The position numbers and the translations under genes were made by a program. The notes beneath the pieces were generated by a model that had not been told where the DNA came from, ran no database searches, and saw only the letters and a list, made by a program, of their open reading frames with translations. A stretch of 63,948 nucleotides of DNA, the filler included, from Craspedostauros australis (taxonomy: Eukaryota): the NCBI GenBank assembly GCA_030167865.1. It is 13 parts of 13 records of this genome, joined end to end, with 100 filler letters (N's around TTAATTAATTAA, not from the genome) between each part and the next. Parts side by side here need not be neighbours in the genome. Positions count along the whole stretch, not along the records: positions 25,614 to 28,666 come from JALAGF010000412.1; positions 28,767 to 31,379 come from JALAGF010000413.1; positions 31,480 to 32,612 come from JALAGF010000416.1; positions 32,713 to 36,798 come from JALAGF010000417.1; positions 36,899 to 38,988 come from JALAGF010000418.1; 8 more parts are not named here. One strand, written 5' to 3'. The number at the start of each line of letters is the position of its first letter. The stretch's first letter is position 1. Of this stretch, positions 26,206 through 37,539 are shown piece by piece.

Positions 26206-26966
26206 AATGAGAGTGAGAGTGGGAACCACCAACCAATACGGAAGATTGCCGTGATCGGCGGTGGCAGCGCTGGGCTCTCCTGGCGCAAGCTTTCGAGAAC
26301 AACAGCAATACCAACACCAACGACACCAACGACAACAGCGACAACAGCGACAACAACGTCGCTTGGAAGGCATCATCCAAGGCTGAGCGCATCCAGCAGC
26401 AGATGCGACAGTAGATCGATGATGCCAAGATCCCCAAGCACACCATCAGGCCCATCATCGATCGACTCATCGACAATGCCAATCGTTTCTTCGAGTTGGG
26501 GATCTACTTCCACAAGCCCTTTGCGTGACAGACCAAGGCGATGATGGCCACCCACGGCAACTGCAATGGAAGCACTTGCAAAGACGCAGATGTGGAGAAA
26601 GCCGCCATCCTGACTGTCTGCAGTGATGCGGCGCACGCTGTGCCTCTGTTCCTTGGACAGGGCACCAATCAGGCCATCCAAGACACCTACTGTCTGGCCA
26701 ACGCCATTCGGCAATACAATATGCAATACGATGAACAAGCCAATGGCGGGAACAGCCTCAAAGACATCCTGCAGATAGAATACATGGACAAGTGATGGTC
26801 CACCATCGGGACCATCACGTCCAGCATGGCCAACCCTGGTCTGATGGGATACCTGAAGGCCTTGTGAGGACCGTTGGCCAAGTTCCGGGATGTGTTCTTC
26901 TTCATCATGGACAAGATGGGCGTTGCGAAGAAGACCGTTCTGGATGATGCTGTTCTGAGGATATGA
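26206..26966 (+). pseudogene. Collapsed FAD-dependent monooxygenase pseudogene
   Basis: KIAVIGGGSAGL (GxGxxG) and SDAAHAVPLFLGQGTNQAIQD only about 350 nt apart and in different frames; in-frame TGA at 26793 and 26865. Confidence 0.75.
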
Positions 26967-27253
26967 GAATGTGCGGAGCAGTGCGAAATCGCGACGTGAA
27001 ATCGCGACGTGAAATCGCGCTGTGGTGCAGATAGGTTCTGTGGACGGCTTTCGCTTGTTGTTGATGGACCAGCCACACTTGTACGATCCAAACATTCCAT
27101 ACTTCTCACCAACCACACCACTCAATCATTATCATAATCACAAGTGAACATCTCCCAATCAATCAACCAGCCAACCACCTCCCTTTTCCATCTCACTCAT
27201 ACGACAACACACTCACATGCACCAGAGTATCAATACTGTCTTCATGTACTGTT

Positions 27254-28618
27254 CTAATTACTCGACGACAAGAGTACTCCAAGGCCATCCAGGATCGCAT
27301 CAATCATCGATGTACCTTTCTTTTCCACATGACAAGCAGAAGGATCATCAACTCGGACGAGTTGATCCTCTCTCTTGTCATTCCACGCTTGTTTCAACGT
27401 CTCACTGCCCTGCAGCAGAATGTTGAAAGTCTCGCTCGTGGGATCCATTGTACCCATTAGACCCCCTACATGCATTGGACCACGACGTTTGCTTGTTCTC
27501 ATCAGCATCTCTCCAAACAGGGCCAGCGGTCGTGACCATGTTGAAAGGGAACACAGCACTGCTCTCACCTTGTTGCGATGATTTCGCCGCAAGTTGCATT
27601 CAACAAGCGCATTGTACGAATGGACATGTTCGTCAGGCGGGTCTCGATAAATGTAGAGATGGGTGAGTTGGGTAGTCTGCTCCAAGGCTTGCTGAAGTGC
27701 TTTCATTTGTGCCGAGAAGATCTCGGGCGCAACCTCAAACATGCTGGGAACATCAAAATGACGATATCTGAGAGATGACAAGCTCTTGTTTCCCAGGAGC
27801 GAGATCAAAGTGTCGAACCTTGTCATCCCCTCTTGTTGCGATGACATGTCCCAAGTACAGGAAACCTCGAGCTTGTTCAGGTGTGATGCATCTGAAAGGA
27901 GTTTGATGATCTGGTCGATTTCTTGTTGTGAGTGGATTTGTTGAGTGTCGGAGAGCCGAGACCAATTGATGTTGAGCTTGTTGATGCGCTTGTTTGACTG
28001 GAATAGCTTTGCCAAGCTATCGCAAGTGATACGGGTGTCCCAAAAGAATACTTCGGTGACACTGCAATTGTTTGGAGACAGCCATCTGCACAAATCAGCG
28101 CCCCCATTGGTGAGCTTGCAGAAACAAAACGAAACGTATTTGGAGTTTTGGGAGATGTTGAACATGAGCTTGTCACAATCAACAAGATCACATGAATCAA
28201 AATGCACACGATGTGTCACAAGAGGGATATCATGGAGCTGTTTTATCTTCACGAAGCATGGAGGCAAGCAGATGCCTTCGCCGAATATAGATTTGGCTGG
28301 GCGTTTGGCAGCCAATCGAAGTACAAAGCGAATGGCTTGCTTGTCTTCTTCTCCGAATTGGTCATTGCTGCCGAATTTCAGATACAGGGATCCAATACCC
28401 ATCCATCCGCTTCTCTGAAAAAGCGATTTGCTCAGTAGAACACGAGATGATAAAGCAACGTGCTTGTGCCACCACTGCATCGATTCCAAGTCAGCGACGG
28501 TGAATCCTGCTTCGATGGCCATGTCCCAGTATTCCATCCGCTTGGGTGTGACACTGTAGCAGTCGATCTGCTGTCTTGAATGACTCTGTATATTGAATGC
28601 AGTCTTCGGAACCCACAA
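27254..28618 (-). CDS. Hypothetical protein, possibly RNI-like/LRR (start uncertain; first ATG 28537)
   Basis: 454-codon ORF with LRR-like units (LFQSNKRINKLNI, LNKLEV, LSSLRY, LTHLYI) and a C-terminal NLRRN motif. Confidence 0.55.
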   Translation of the reverse strand: MWVPKTAFNIQSHSRQQIDCYSVTPKRMEYWDMAIEAGFTVADLESMQWWHKHVALSSRVLLSKSLFQRSGWMGIGSLYLKFGSNDQFGEEDKQAIRFVLRLAAKRPAKSIFGEGICLPPCFVKIKQLHDIPLVTHRVHFDSCDLVDCDKLMFNISQNSKYVSFCFCKLTNGGADLCRWLSPNNCSVTEVFFWDTRITCDSLAKLFQSNKRINKLNINWSRLSDTQQIHSQQEIDQIIKLLSDASHLNKLEVSCTWDMSSQQEGMTRFDTLISLLGNKSLSSLRYRHFDVPSMFEVAPEIFSAQMKALQQALEQTTQLTHLYIYRDPPDEHVHSYNALVECNLRRNHRNKVRAVLCSLSTWSRPLALFGEMLMRTSKRRGPMHVGGLMGTMDPTSETFNILLQGSETLKQAWNDKREDQLVRVDDPSACHVEKKGTSMIDAILDGLGVLLSSSN

Positions 28619-28900
28619 TTTTCGATGGAGTTGTTTCCAGAAAGTCTTGAAGTCTGGATCATGATCNNNNNNNNNNNNNNNNNNNNNNNNNNNNNNNNNN
28701 NNNNNNNNNNTTAATTAATTAANNNNNNNNNNNNNNNNNNNNNNNNNNNNNNNNNNNNNNNNNNNNGCCCCAGGCAACATCATTCTTCACAGCGGATCCA
28801 GGAGCAGAAGCCTGATTGGTTTATTTGAAATCCTGTCAGCCAATGATATCAAAACACGAATGCACGATTACTTTGGGAATCAAGAAGAGCCGAACACAGG

Positions 28901-29020
28901 TCAACTCATCGATACACAAATTTCGCACGATCAAATCATCGATGCACAAATCATGCACGATCAAATCAACGATGCACAAACCATGCACAATTCAAATCAA
29001 TGATGTACAATCCATGCATC
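28901..29020 (+). repeat. About four imperfect 30-bp tandem repeats upstream of a gag
   Basis: Unit approximately TCAAATCATCGATGCACAAATCATGCACGA. Confidence 0.8.
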
Positions 29021-29266
29021 ATCTGCTTACAATTTTGTTAGTCTCTTAGTTGCAAACCACCTCTCTGAGTTACTAATAGTTTACAGAGCCAGGCAGTATC
29101 CTCTTCCAAATCAGTCGAATCTACTGCTGGAAAACAACACGCTTCCTCTGCGCAAATACAGCGCAATTACTCGCAAAATCAACAAGTGCTCCAAAAAGCG
29201 AACCAATCGACAACCCATCGAACAACATCGCAGTGACAAGCCATCACACGGAGTCCAACATCGACC

Positions 29267-31379
29267 ATGACCACCCAAGTCCGACGCCCAGGAGGCCGCA
29301 CAACAGCTGAGGCCCGCAACGCTGCCAGCGTAGCAACAGCAGGCAAATCAGATCGATCCAAGCGCAACAAGATGAACAAAGCCAACAAACATGACGGTCA
29401 AGATGCCATCGATGAGGACCTCGACAACAATGAGGGCAACGCAGATGGATTCAGTTCAGACACCGCCAATCAAACAGGCAACACTCCACCTCCAGCAGCA
29501 GAACATGTTAACAATTCTGCCCGCAATGATGGAAATGGAGATGGAGGAGGAGATGATGGAAATGACGATGATGGCAACGAGGACGATGATGACAATGAAG
29601 ACGATGATAAAAATAATGACGACTTTGACAATGAACCACCTGCCCAAAGACGTCGCATCAACTCATTCGCACTCTCCCCAGCAAGGCTGCACAACATGCC
29701 ACTTAACTGGGAACGCAAGAGAGATGTCAGCATCTACAATAAGGCCATTGAACCACTCCAACACGAATTCGGAGTTGAATCGCAATCCATCCACGTATTC
29801 CTCAACGAACTGCGCAATCGAGCAACCCTTTCGAACTGGTGGCCAACACTCACAATCAACATCAAAGGCAGGGCATACAACCTCATCGATGAGCATGGAA
29901 CCATCTCATACGAGGCACTCAAGGCCCATTGCCAGACAATGATCAAATCGTCGACCAGAAACGCTCAGAACTCGCAAATGATCTTTGCATGCCTATCCAA
30001 TTCACTCACGGAGAGCGGCAAATCACGCATGGGCTTGGAGGTGAAGAAGTACACTGTTCAAAAGGAACAATGTGGACTACTTTTCTTCAAAGTGCTCATG
30101 ATGCTCTCACAGGTCAACACTAATGCAACAGTGTCCGTCATCCGCACCAGGCTGGCATCGCTGGACGACAAAATCATCGAGCTCGAAAGCAACATCACCA
30201 AGTTCAATGAATACGTCAAGCAACAATGCAACGACCTCGCCTCCCGAGGAGCCAGAACACTCGATCTCCTCGTGAATCTCTTCAAAGCATACCGTACCAT
30301 GGAAGATCCAAGATTCGTATCATACATCTGTACAAAGGAGGATCTCCACAATGAAGGCAAAGACATGACAGCAGATCAACTCATGTCACTTGCTGAGACC
30401 AAATACAAAACAATGGTCGAGAACGGGACATGGAAGGAACCATCCAAGGCTGAGTGCAAGATCGTGGCACTAACAGCACAGATCGATCAGCTCAAGAGGA
30501 AGGCTAGCGAGATCAACAAGAGGCAAAGGGAAAGCAAGGCAACGGCAACAATGACAATGCCAAGGGCAAGGACAAGAAGAATGGAAAGAAGGGAAAGGGA
30601 AAAGCAGATACTCCCTGGTACCTGACTCCTCCCAAAGCCGGAGAACCTCACACAAAATCAGACAAGAGTGGCAAGGAAATCCATTGGTGTCCAAATCATG
30701 GCATGAAAGGCAAGTGGGTAAGACACAACCCCAAGGAATGCCGCTTGTCAAAGGACAACAACAACAAGGAAACCGTGAAGCCACTCAGCAAGGCGAAGGA
30801 GGACAAACTCAAGGTGGCCATGTACCACATCATGCAAGACTCAGATGGAGAAGACTTCTGAATGACAGGTTGGATGGCAAAGATGATTCTTGCTATCTGT
30901 AGACCAATCATTCACACTCTATATCACATCATCACGTGGCTGTTGAAAACCACTGTTCAGCTCGTCATGACTGTGTCCGAATCGATTGTGTGGGCGATTG
31001 AAGCACTAACTGCCTCGGAATCCCGGGAAATCATCCGTTGCCAATGTTTCAAGCGTCGCCGGCTCAAACCAAGCCGCAACAAATGCAATCGAATCTATGC
31101 ATACAGCACCAAGCATCGCCGAGCCAAAATAGTGACAAAAAGATCGACGGGTCATCTCACTCAGCTCTGGGCAATGCCTCTCCAAGCTCAATCCAAGCTT
31201 GAAAAGGATGACACAACGACTCCGAGGTTCGATTCAGATTCATTTGATATCGCAGTCGACAATTGCGCGTCCACATCCTTCACCAACACCCTTAGTGATT
31301 TCATCGGAAAACCCAATCGAGTCAATCATCAGGTCAGAGGTGTAGGACAGGCCCAAATCAAGTATACGGGCAGGGTAAA
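29267..31379 (+). mobile_element. CoDi-like copia gag (frameshifted near 30510-30600; C-H-H-C knuckle; stop 30859-30861) followed in frame by the start of pol (protease)
   Basis: Gag motifs RNAQNSQMIFACLSNSLT, NITKFNEYVK, LFKAY; WCPNH...WVRHNPKEC; protease FDSDSFDIAVDNCAS. Confidence 0.82.
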
Positions 31380-31479
31380 NNNNNNNNNNNNNNNNNNNNN
31401 NNNNNNNNNNNNNNNNNNNNNNNTTAATTAATTAANNNNNNNNNNNNNNNNNNNNNNNNNNNNNNNNNNNNNNNNNNNN

Positions 31480-32612
31480 AAGTCTCATCCTCCCTTGGGT
31501 AGTATCGATCATCATGCCGGCGACGTCCCTGTTGAACATCGACCCATCTGTGTGGAAGCTGGGTCCTCCAGTAGCCGCGGGGACTATCATCGTCTCCTGC
31601 GCAGTGTCGTAGCCATCCTCATCCCCTGATGCTGATGCTTCGCCTGCCTCCGATTCCGAATCCGATTCTGATTCTCGTTCCCTCTCCTCTTGGGGAANCG
31701 GTGAGTTGTTATAGCCAGCCAGGCTACTCACCATTCTCGGTACGCGCGCCAATGGTCTCATGGGAGTGCGTGCATTCGATTGCTCGGTAGCCAAATCGAT
31801 CTGCCCTGCACGGTCGTTGTCCCTTCCGGTTTCATCATCCTTATCGTTGATCGATGGTTCTTCCCCTTGGGTAGGTAGCAAATCGTCTTGCTCGTGAGCG
31901 GTGTCGTCTGTGTCTCTTGTTGTGTGTCCGGCTCTTCCGCTCCTCTCTGCAACGCCGATCTTCGCACTCCTTGCGATGTTCGAGCTTCGCCCCCAAGTCA
32001 CTCTCTTTCTCTGGAATGCATCTCCAGTGTCAGAGTCGTCGTCTTCCAGATCATGNNNNNNNNNNNNNNNNNNNTTCTCAACACCCTTGAACTGCCCATA
32101 CGACTGGTTCATCCATGTCACGTCTCGTGTGATTAGGATCCTTGCCGTTGCGAGGTTCATCATTCGGTATACACCGCTCGCATGTGACTGCCCGTATCCG
32201 ACGAACATCGCAGGCTTGGACCGATCGTCCAGTTTCGCCTTGATCACTCGGCCTCCGATGAACACCATGCCAATCTCTCCGAACAAACGCAGTCCGTCCA
32301 CGTATGTGGGTGTCTGCCCATTGAATAGTACGCAAGCCGGTTCTCTCGACTTCGTTCCAATGATGTTCTCNNNNNNNNNNNNNNNNNNNNNNNNNNNNNN
32401 NNNNNNNNNNNNNNNNNNNNNNNNNNNNNNNNNNNNNNNNTTGAGCATCGCCCTGACCTTTCCGTATAGCACAGCGAACTTTCGTTCCACGCGACCATTC
32501 TGCTGTGGAGTTGAAGCTGCCGTGTATTCGAATGTCGGGCCGAATCCCACCTTGAGTAGCTGCGCCTCTGCGCTGTAGTTCTCGCCTGCGTTGTCACATC
32601 TGATATTCTTGA
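31480..32612 (-). mobile_element. Ty1/copia integrase fragment
   Basis: IRCDNAGEN, TPQQNGRVERKF, KLDDRSKPAMFVGY, ITRDVTW. Confidence 0.9.
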
Positions 32613-32712
32613 NNNNNNNNNNNNNNNNNNNNNNNNNNNNNNNNNNNNNNNNNNNNTTAATTAATTAANNNNNNNNNNNNNNNNNNNNNNNNNNNNNNNN
32701 NNNNNNNNNNNN

Positions 32713-32981
32713 GTTGGTAGGAGCGTGGGCTGGGAGGTCGGCGACGCGGTTGGCGGGGTCGTTTCTGGATCAGTTGGGTGTTCAGTGGGTGGCACTTGGT
32801 TGTTCTTGTTGCGCTTGTTGGTGTCATCGTCGGCGCCCTTGAGGATGCGGGTCTTCATCATCATCATGTGAAGTTCCTCGGTTGGATCCACAGGAATCCT
32901 GTTGCCGCGGAGCACGGCGTGGGTTTTTGCCGCGTTGGCGAGAAGAAGAAAGACAACGAAGGCTGCCTTGGTGTGGATCAT
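32713..32981 (-). CDS. N-terminus of a secreted protein with PTxSP mucin-like repeats (truncated by contig end)
   Basis: Signal peptide MIHTKAAFVVFLLLANAA, then LRG and PPTASPTSQPT. Confidence 0.6.
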
Positions 32982-35626
32982 GGTTGTTCGGTACTTGCTG
33001 GTTGCTGTTTGTCGGTTGCTTGGATTGTGTGCTGCGATTTATTTTGTGTTGGAGACGGATAGAGCAGCGCAGCGCATGGTGGAGTGCGGGAACAGAAGCA
33101 CTCGTACCGGTGAAACACGAGAGATGTGGGGTTGAGTTGAGTTGGGCAGAGTAACAGAACGTGGCAGCAGTGTATTGGGCAGGCAGAGTAGAGCAGAGTT
33201 GGAGGTGATGACACAGCACGTCACCAACATGCCAAAGCAAGCATGCGATCAGAACGACAAGCGTGGAGGTCGCGTGGCATCATAACGCATCACACTCCCA
33301 TGACGATGACAGCTGATCCGATGGGAGCGTCCTCCCCAGATGCTGCCTGTGATGCTGATGCTCCCGATGTGTGCATCTGCTTGAGGCAGCACGCTGTGTC
33401 GGGCAGGATGAGTGCTGCGAACGAATCCTCCCGTCATGGGCTCCTCGCCATGCAGACATTCAGTGATCTTGCAACCCTGCATTTGCAATTGATCGCTGAA
33501 CGGAACGTACCTTTGGTTTAAATCTGGCTTTGGCCGGAGAGGGGCTTGTGATCACCTGGCAATGCTTGTCGATTGCTGTGTGATGATGCTGCGCTTCGGA
33601 GGACAATCTGTTCGTCGATTGTTTTTTATGACAGAGGCTGTGTGGATGTTGTGAAGGCAAGGAAGTGATTTTCGCAGACGCAATTCCACATGCACATGCA
33701 GCGAGAGACACCACGAGGAATAGTGCGATAACCACTGTGGTTTTGTGTTGTGCCAACGACAGATGAACGATCCTCCCTCGGCTGCTCTTCTCTGCTCTGC
33801 TCGTGCATCCACACACACCTTGTGGAGAAAAGTATGAGGAAAAGCATTGCTCGTTCATTCGCCTGTTGCTCATTCGATCCTTCGCCTCTTCAACACAGTC
33901 CAAAAGCATGATGCACACCAATAACAACTGGTCCCAAAACAAAGATATTCGTTCGTGTCCTGTTGATGTGTGTGCATGGCATTCATACGAATTGAACGAG
34001 ATTGACACCGTTTCATTCGCACTCGCGTTGCTGACGTCGTTGGTAGAAGTTGCGATGTGGTGCGCCACTGCTGGAGTGAGTCGACAAGGCCCCACTAGCT
34101 ACCGCTTGCGACACACACGGATCACACAAGCACGCCCTGGTCCGTGCACGTTCACCACCATGTCCCGATTTTCTCCTCCACCGCCTTCACTCATTTCTAA
34201 ATGTTATCTCGTCGAGGTTGTGATCACGACCAGCTTCGACAGAACTGAAAGCTGTTGTGCTTCACCAATGGCATTTCTTGATCCGCTCTATTTATTGGTT
34301 GGTGTCACCAAAAAACTCTGGGAATGACGTTTGTGTTGAATTGATGCTGTGACGAGACACACAAGTATGCACAGCCTCCGAAAGAATCAAAGTCGTAATA
34401 ATGGCTGTGTTAATTCTGGTTGTGTTGTGTTACTGTCATGATATGTTTGCACCCAGACGTGTTGGCGCTTTTGTGGCCTTCCAATGCCCACAAAGTTATT
34501 CTCGGACCGGCTCCATTCTCCCGCTTCGGTCATTCAGCGGATGAAACTTGAAAGATCAAACACGCCCGCCAATGCGATACTGTGTGTCATCATTGCGTGT
34601 ACTATATGGTGAAGCCGCCACGATCCGACGTATTGGCAGAAGACAGAGGCATGCAGGGATGCAACACGAGAGATCCAGAGCGTTCGATGGAGTTGCCAAG
34701 AGTGATGCCGCACTTCAATGTGATTCATGTGGTATACTCGTCGAGGATGCAGTCGAACAGTCCTCGCAATCACCCCAAACACATGTTCTGTCTATGCTCT
34801 AGAAATGCTTTGCTTTCCCAAGGAGAAGCGTGGGAGCAGATAGATTCGTACCAGCATCATCAGCAACAACACCAATAGTAGTGCCATTGTTAACCGCATC
34901 GCCAATGGCAGCACATCATGAGCGTGCGCGCGAAGAGAAGCACAATCGAGACCGAGACCGAGACCAACCCCAAGTTCATCGCCATGTGCTTCACTGTCTT
35001 CTGCAAAGCGCTCCCCCGACGAAGATTAAAAAGCCTTGGCTCAGAGGAACGCGAATGTGAAGGAAAACTCCTTGGGCCTGGCGTTCACCTGTGACATGAC
35101 GAGAGGAATGAAGAGGAGCAGTGATTGTTGCAACATCCCAGCCCCTTCGAGGCGCAGCAATTCTGACAATTCACAACTCGCAACGAACTATTAACACTCC
35201 AGACCGAGGAACAGCAAAGACATAGAGAGACAGACGGAGCGGTGCCAGATCAACCCACGTTGGTCAACAAAACACGGCACAGCGGATGCGCTGGTCGATC
35301 TGCTTGTGGCTAATCCAATAGACACATAGCTTGTCTGCGTTGGGTGGTAGGGTTACTAGCACCTCCAAGCTTGTCTTGGATCATCCGGCTCGATCCCTCC
35401 TGGCCAAGTTCGTCTCTGGTCTCTGCCTCGGCTGTTTGCGTTGGTGTTGACTGGTTCGATCATGGTTGGAGGGAGAGCGCTGGAATCCCCCCTGGCAGAG
35501 GGAAAGTATCTTCCTCTTGGTGCCCCCTGTTTTTTGTCACAGGTGGCGGAAAAAGAGGGCTCCCCCCCAAAAGAGAAAGAAGTGGAAGAAAAAGAGGAAC
35601 AACGCGAAAAAGTGAGCTGCCTGCGA

Positions 35627-36798
35627 TCACATGCAAAGCGCGGTGATCCGCAGCCGGTCCGCGAGTGGCCACTGCAGATATGCCGTAGGCATATCCTCGT
35701 TAGCGCGTTGTCGTCGCCAGCGCCCGTGTTCGGAGACCTCGAGTTTGGTGGCCGCTCGCATACATCCCGGTCGTTTCCGGGAAACGTGGGTGCGTCCCCC
35801 TCGCCGATACATGTGAAAAGAGTAGAACCGTGTGGGAATGGGCACTTGTTGTGCGCCGATGGCCGACCGTAGAAAGGTGTCGCCGCGTTGCTGTTGCTCC
35901 AGAAGGGATGGATACACGAACGTCGTGCGGTAGAATTGCGACGTCCACGGTTGCCCCGAAGGATGGTGCGCCACGAGGTCCGTTGGGACGTGGTGATCCC
36001 GCTCCGCTCGCGCGCGAAGCATCCAGTCGCCGAGACTGAGACCTGACGAGGTGCGGAAGGCGATGACGACGTCGGCTTGCCGACTGCGATCGGACTTCGT
36101 CTGCATGGCCAGGCGTAGCAGTACTGCGCCCGTGTTTGGTGGGAGGTCGTTGTTGCTGGCGTCTCGTGGGTCGAGAATGGTGACATCCGACCACGAGATA
36201 CCGAAGGTTTCCGCCGCCCGTAGCCATCCCAGCCAGCCCATGAGGTTGATGACGCCCGCCATTGCTGCTGTCCGCCGCTGTTGTGGTGTGACTGCATGTT
36301 GGTATTGGTGGAGGAAGCTTCGGTCCATGAAGTGGACGTGACGAGAGAGCAAGGCGACCGAAGGTCGTGAGTCTTCGCCGAGTCGCGTGCGCATGCCCTG
36401 TGTCAGCATCGAATACCCGAGATGGTCCGTCGGGAGGCATGTGTCGACGGTGATGGGTCGCTGCTTGGCGTCGAGCATGGCGCGTTCGGGATGCGCGATG
36501 CACATATTCCACATGCCAAAGGCCGATGCCGCGCTGCGTAGCCCACGTACGGTGCTGAACTTGATGGCCTGGGCGTCGAGTGCGTTCTTGCAAGAGGGCG
36601 TCTGCGTGGCGTAGTGCTCCTGCACCCACATGATCGGGATCGTGTCGGAGCAGGGTGGCGATTGGATGTCGGGCGGTTGCATAGTCGGGATGCCATATTG
36701 CAGACCGAACTTGCGCAACACTTGAATCTTGCTGCTGTATGTGGTGAGTGTGCCGGCTGCCCAGTTGTGTGCCATGTCGATGATGCGCATGCGTTCTA
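35627..36798 (-). mobile_element. Tyrosine recombinase ORF of a DIRS/Ngaro- or Crypton-type element (5' truncated by contig end)
   Basis: Candidate catalytic set: WLRAAE (R), TKSD (K), HMYRRGG (HxxR), HGRW, PTAYL (Y); N-terminal A.GT..TY motif. Confidence 0.85.
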
Positions 36799-36898
36799 NN
36801 NNNNNNNNNNNNNNNNNNNNNNNNNNNNNNNNNNNNNNNNNNTTAATTAATTAANNNNNNNNNNNNNNNNNNNNNNNNNNNNNNNNNNNNNNNNNNNN

Positions 36899-37058
36899 CA
36901 ACTCAAGATCAGCACTACAACACTAATCTACTTCATTGTCACATACTACTAATCTCCAGACGGTCGCCTCACGTTGACTTCATCATCAGATTCCTTGAAT
37001 CTGGCAGTCAGCTAGGCCATCCCTTCCGGATCGTGTCACAACAGCACACAAAAATCCA
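36899..37058 (+). mobile_element. 3' part of a 5' LTR (ends CA)
   Basis: Immediately followed by a 2-nt spacer and a PBS. Confidence 0.65.
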
Positions 37059-37060
37059 AC

Positions 37061-37080
37061 TGGTAGCTGCGAGTGGTTTC
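37061..37080 (+). promoter_or_regulatory. Primer binding site complementary to the 3' end of initiator tRNA-Met
   Basis: TGGTAGCTGCGAGTGGTTTC versus TGGTAGCAGAGGATGGTTTC, the complement of the animal tRNA-iMet 3' end (recalled). Confidence 0.75.
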
Positions 37081-37131
37081 ACTAACATTCACCAACTCTT
37101 CTGAGCATCTTCCTCTGCCAACCGCTCGCAA

Positions 37132-37320
37132 GGTCTCATTGAGACCAAGCCCCAAGGCTACGCTCGCAAACCGAGCAAACTGCAAGGACCCTCAGGTCCG
37201 GAGTGGACACCAAGCTCCACAGCTCGCAAACCGAGCAACACCAAGCGGACCCTCAGGTCCAAGGTGGACACTAAGCTCCACAGCTCGAAAACCGAGCATC
37301 TCGAGAGGACTACAAAGTTC
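37132..37320 (+). repeat. Tandem 60-61-nt repeats composed of stem-loops in the retrotransposon leader
   Basis: GCTCG-n5-CGAGC x3, GGACC-CTCA-GGTCC x2, GTGGA-n8-TCCAC x2, GGTCTC-ATT-GAGACC. Confidence 0.88.
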
Positions 37321-37539
37321 AAACTGACGATACCCGACAAGAACATCGGACCGCAGTAGCCTCTGCTCAAGCAAGCTTAACCGCGCCTGTATACCAAGTG
37401 CCTGCCTTCTCTCAAATCAGCATCGTACTTCAGTGCACAACTTCAAAACGAAGTGAAGTCGAAGCTAGAGCAGTAGAACGCAGAACAGATCGATCCCTTC
37501 GAAGTCAGAAGACCCCTCAAGGACCCGAAACCGCCCATC

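Noticed and set aside
35086..35545. 11-bp inverted repeat CACCTGTGACA / TGTCACAGGTG as a DIRS ICR or terminal repeat
   Set aside because: Too short, and the other element end is missing, so it cannot be distinguished from chance.
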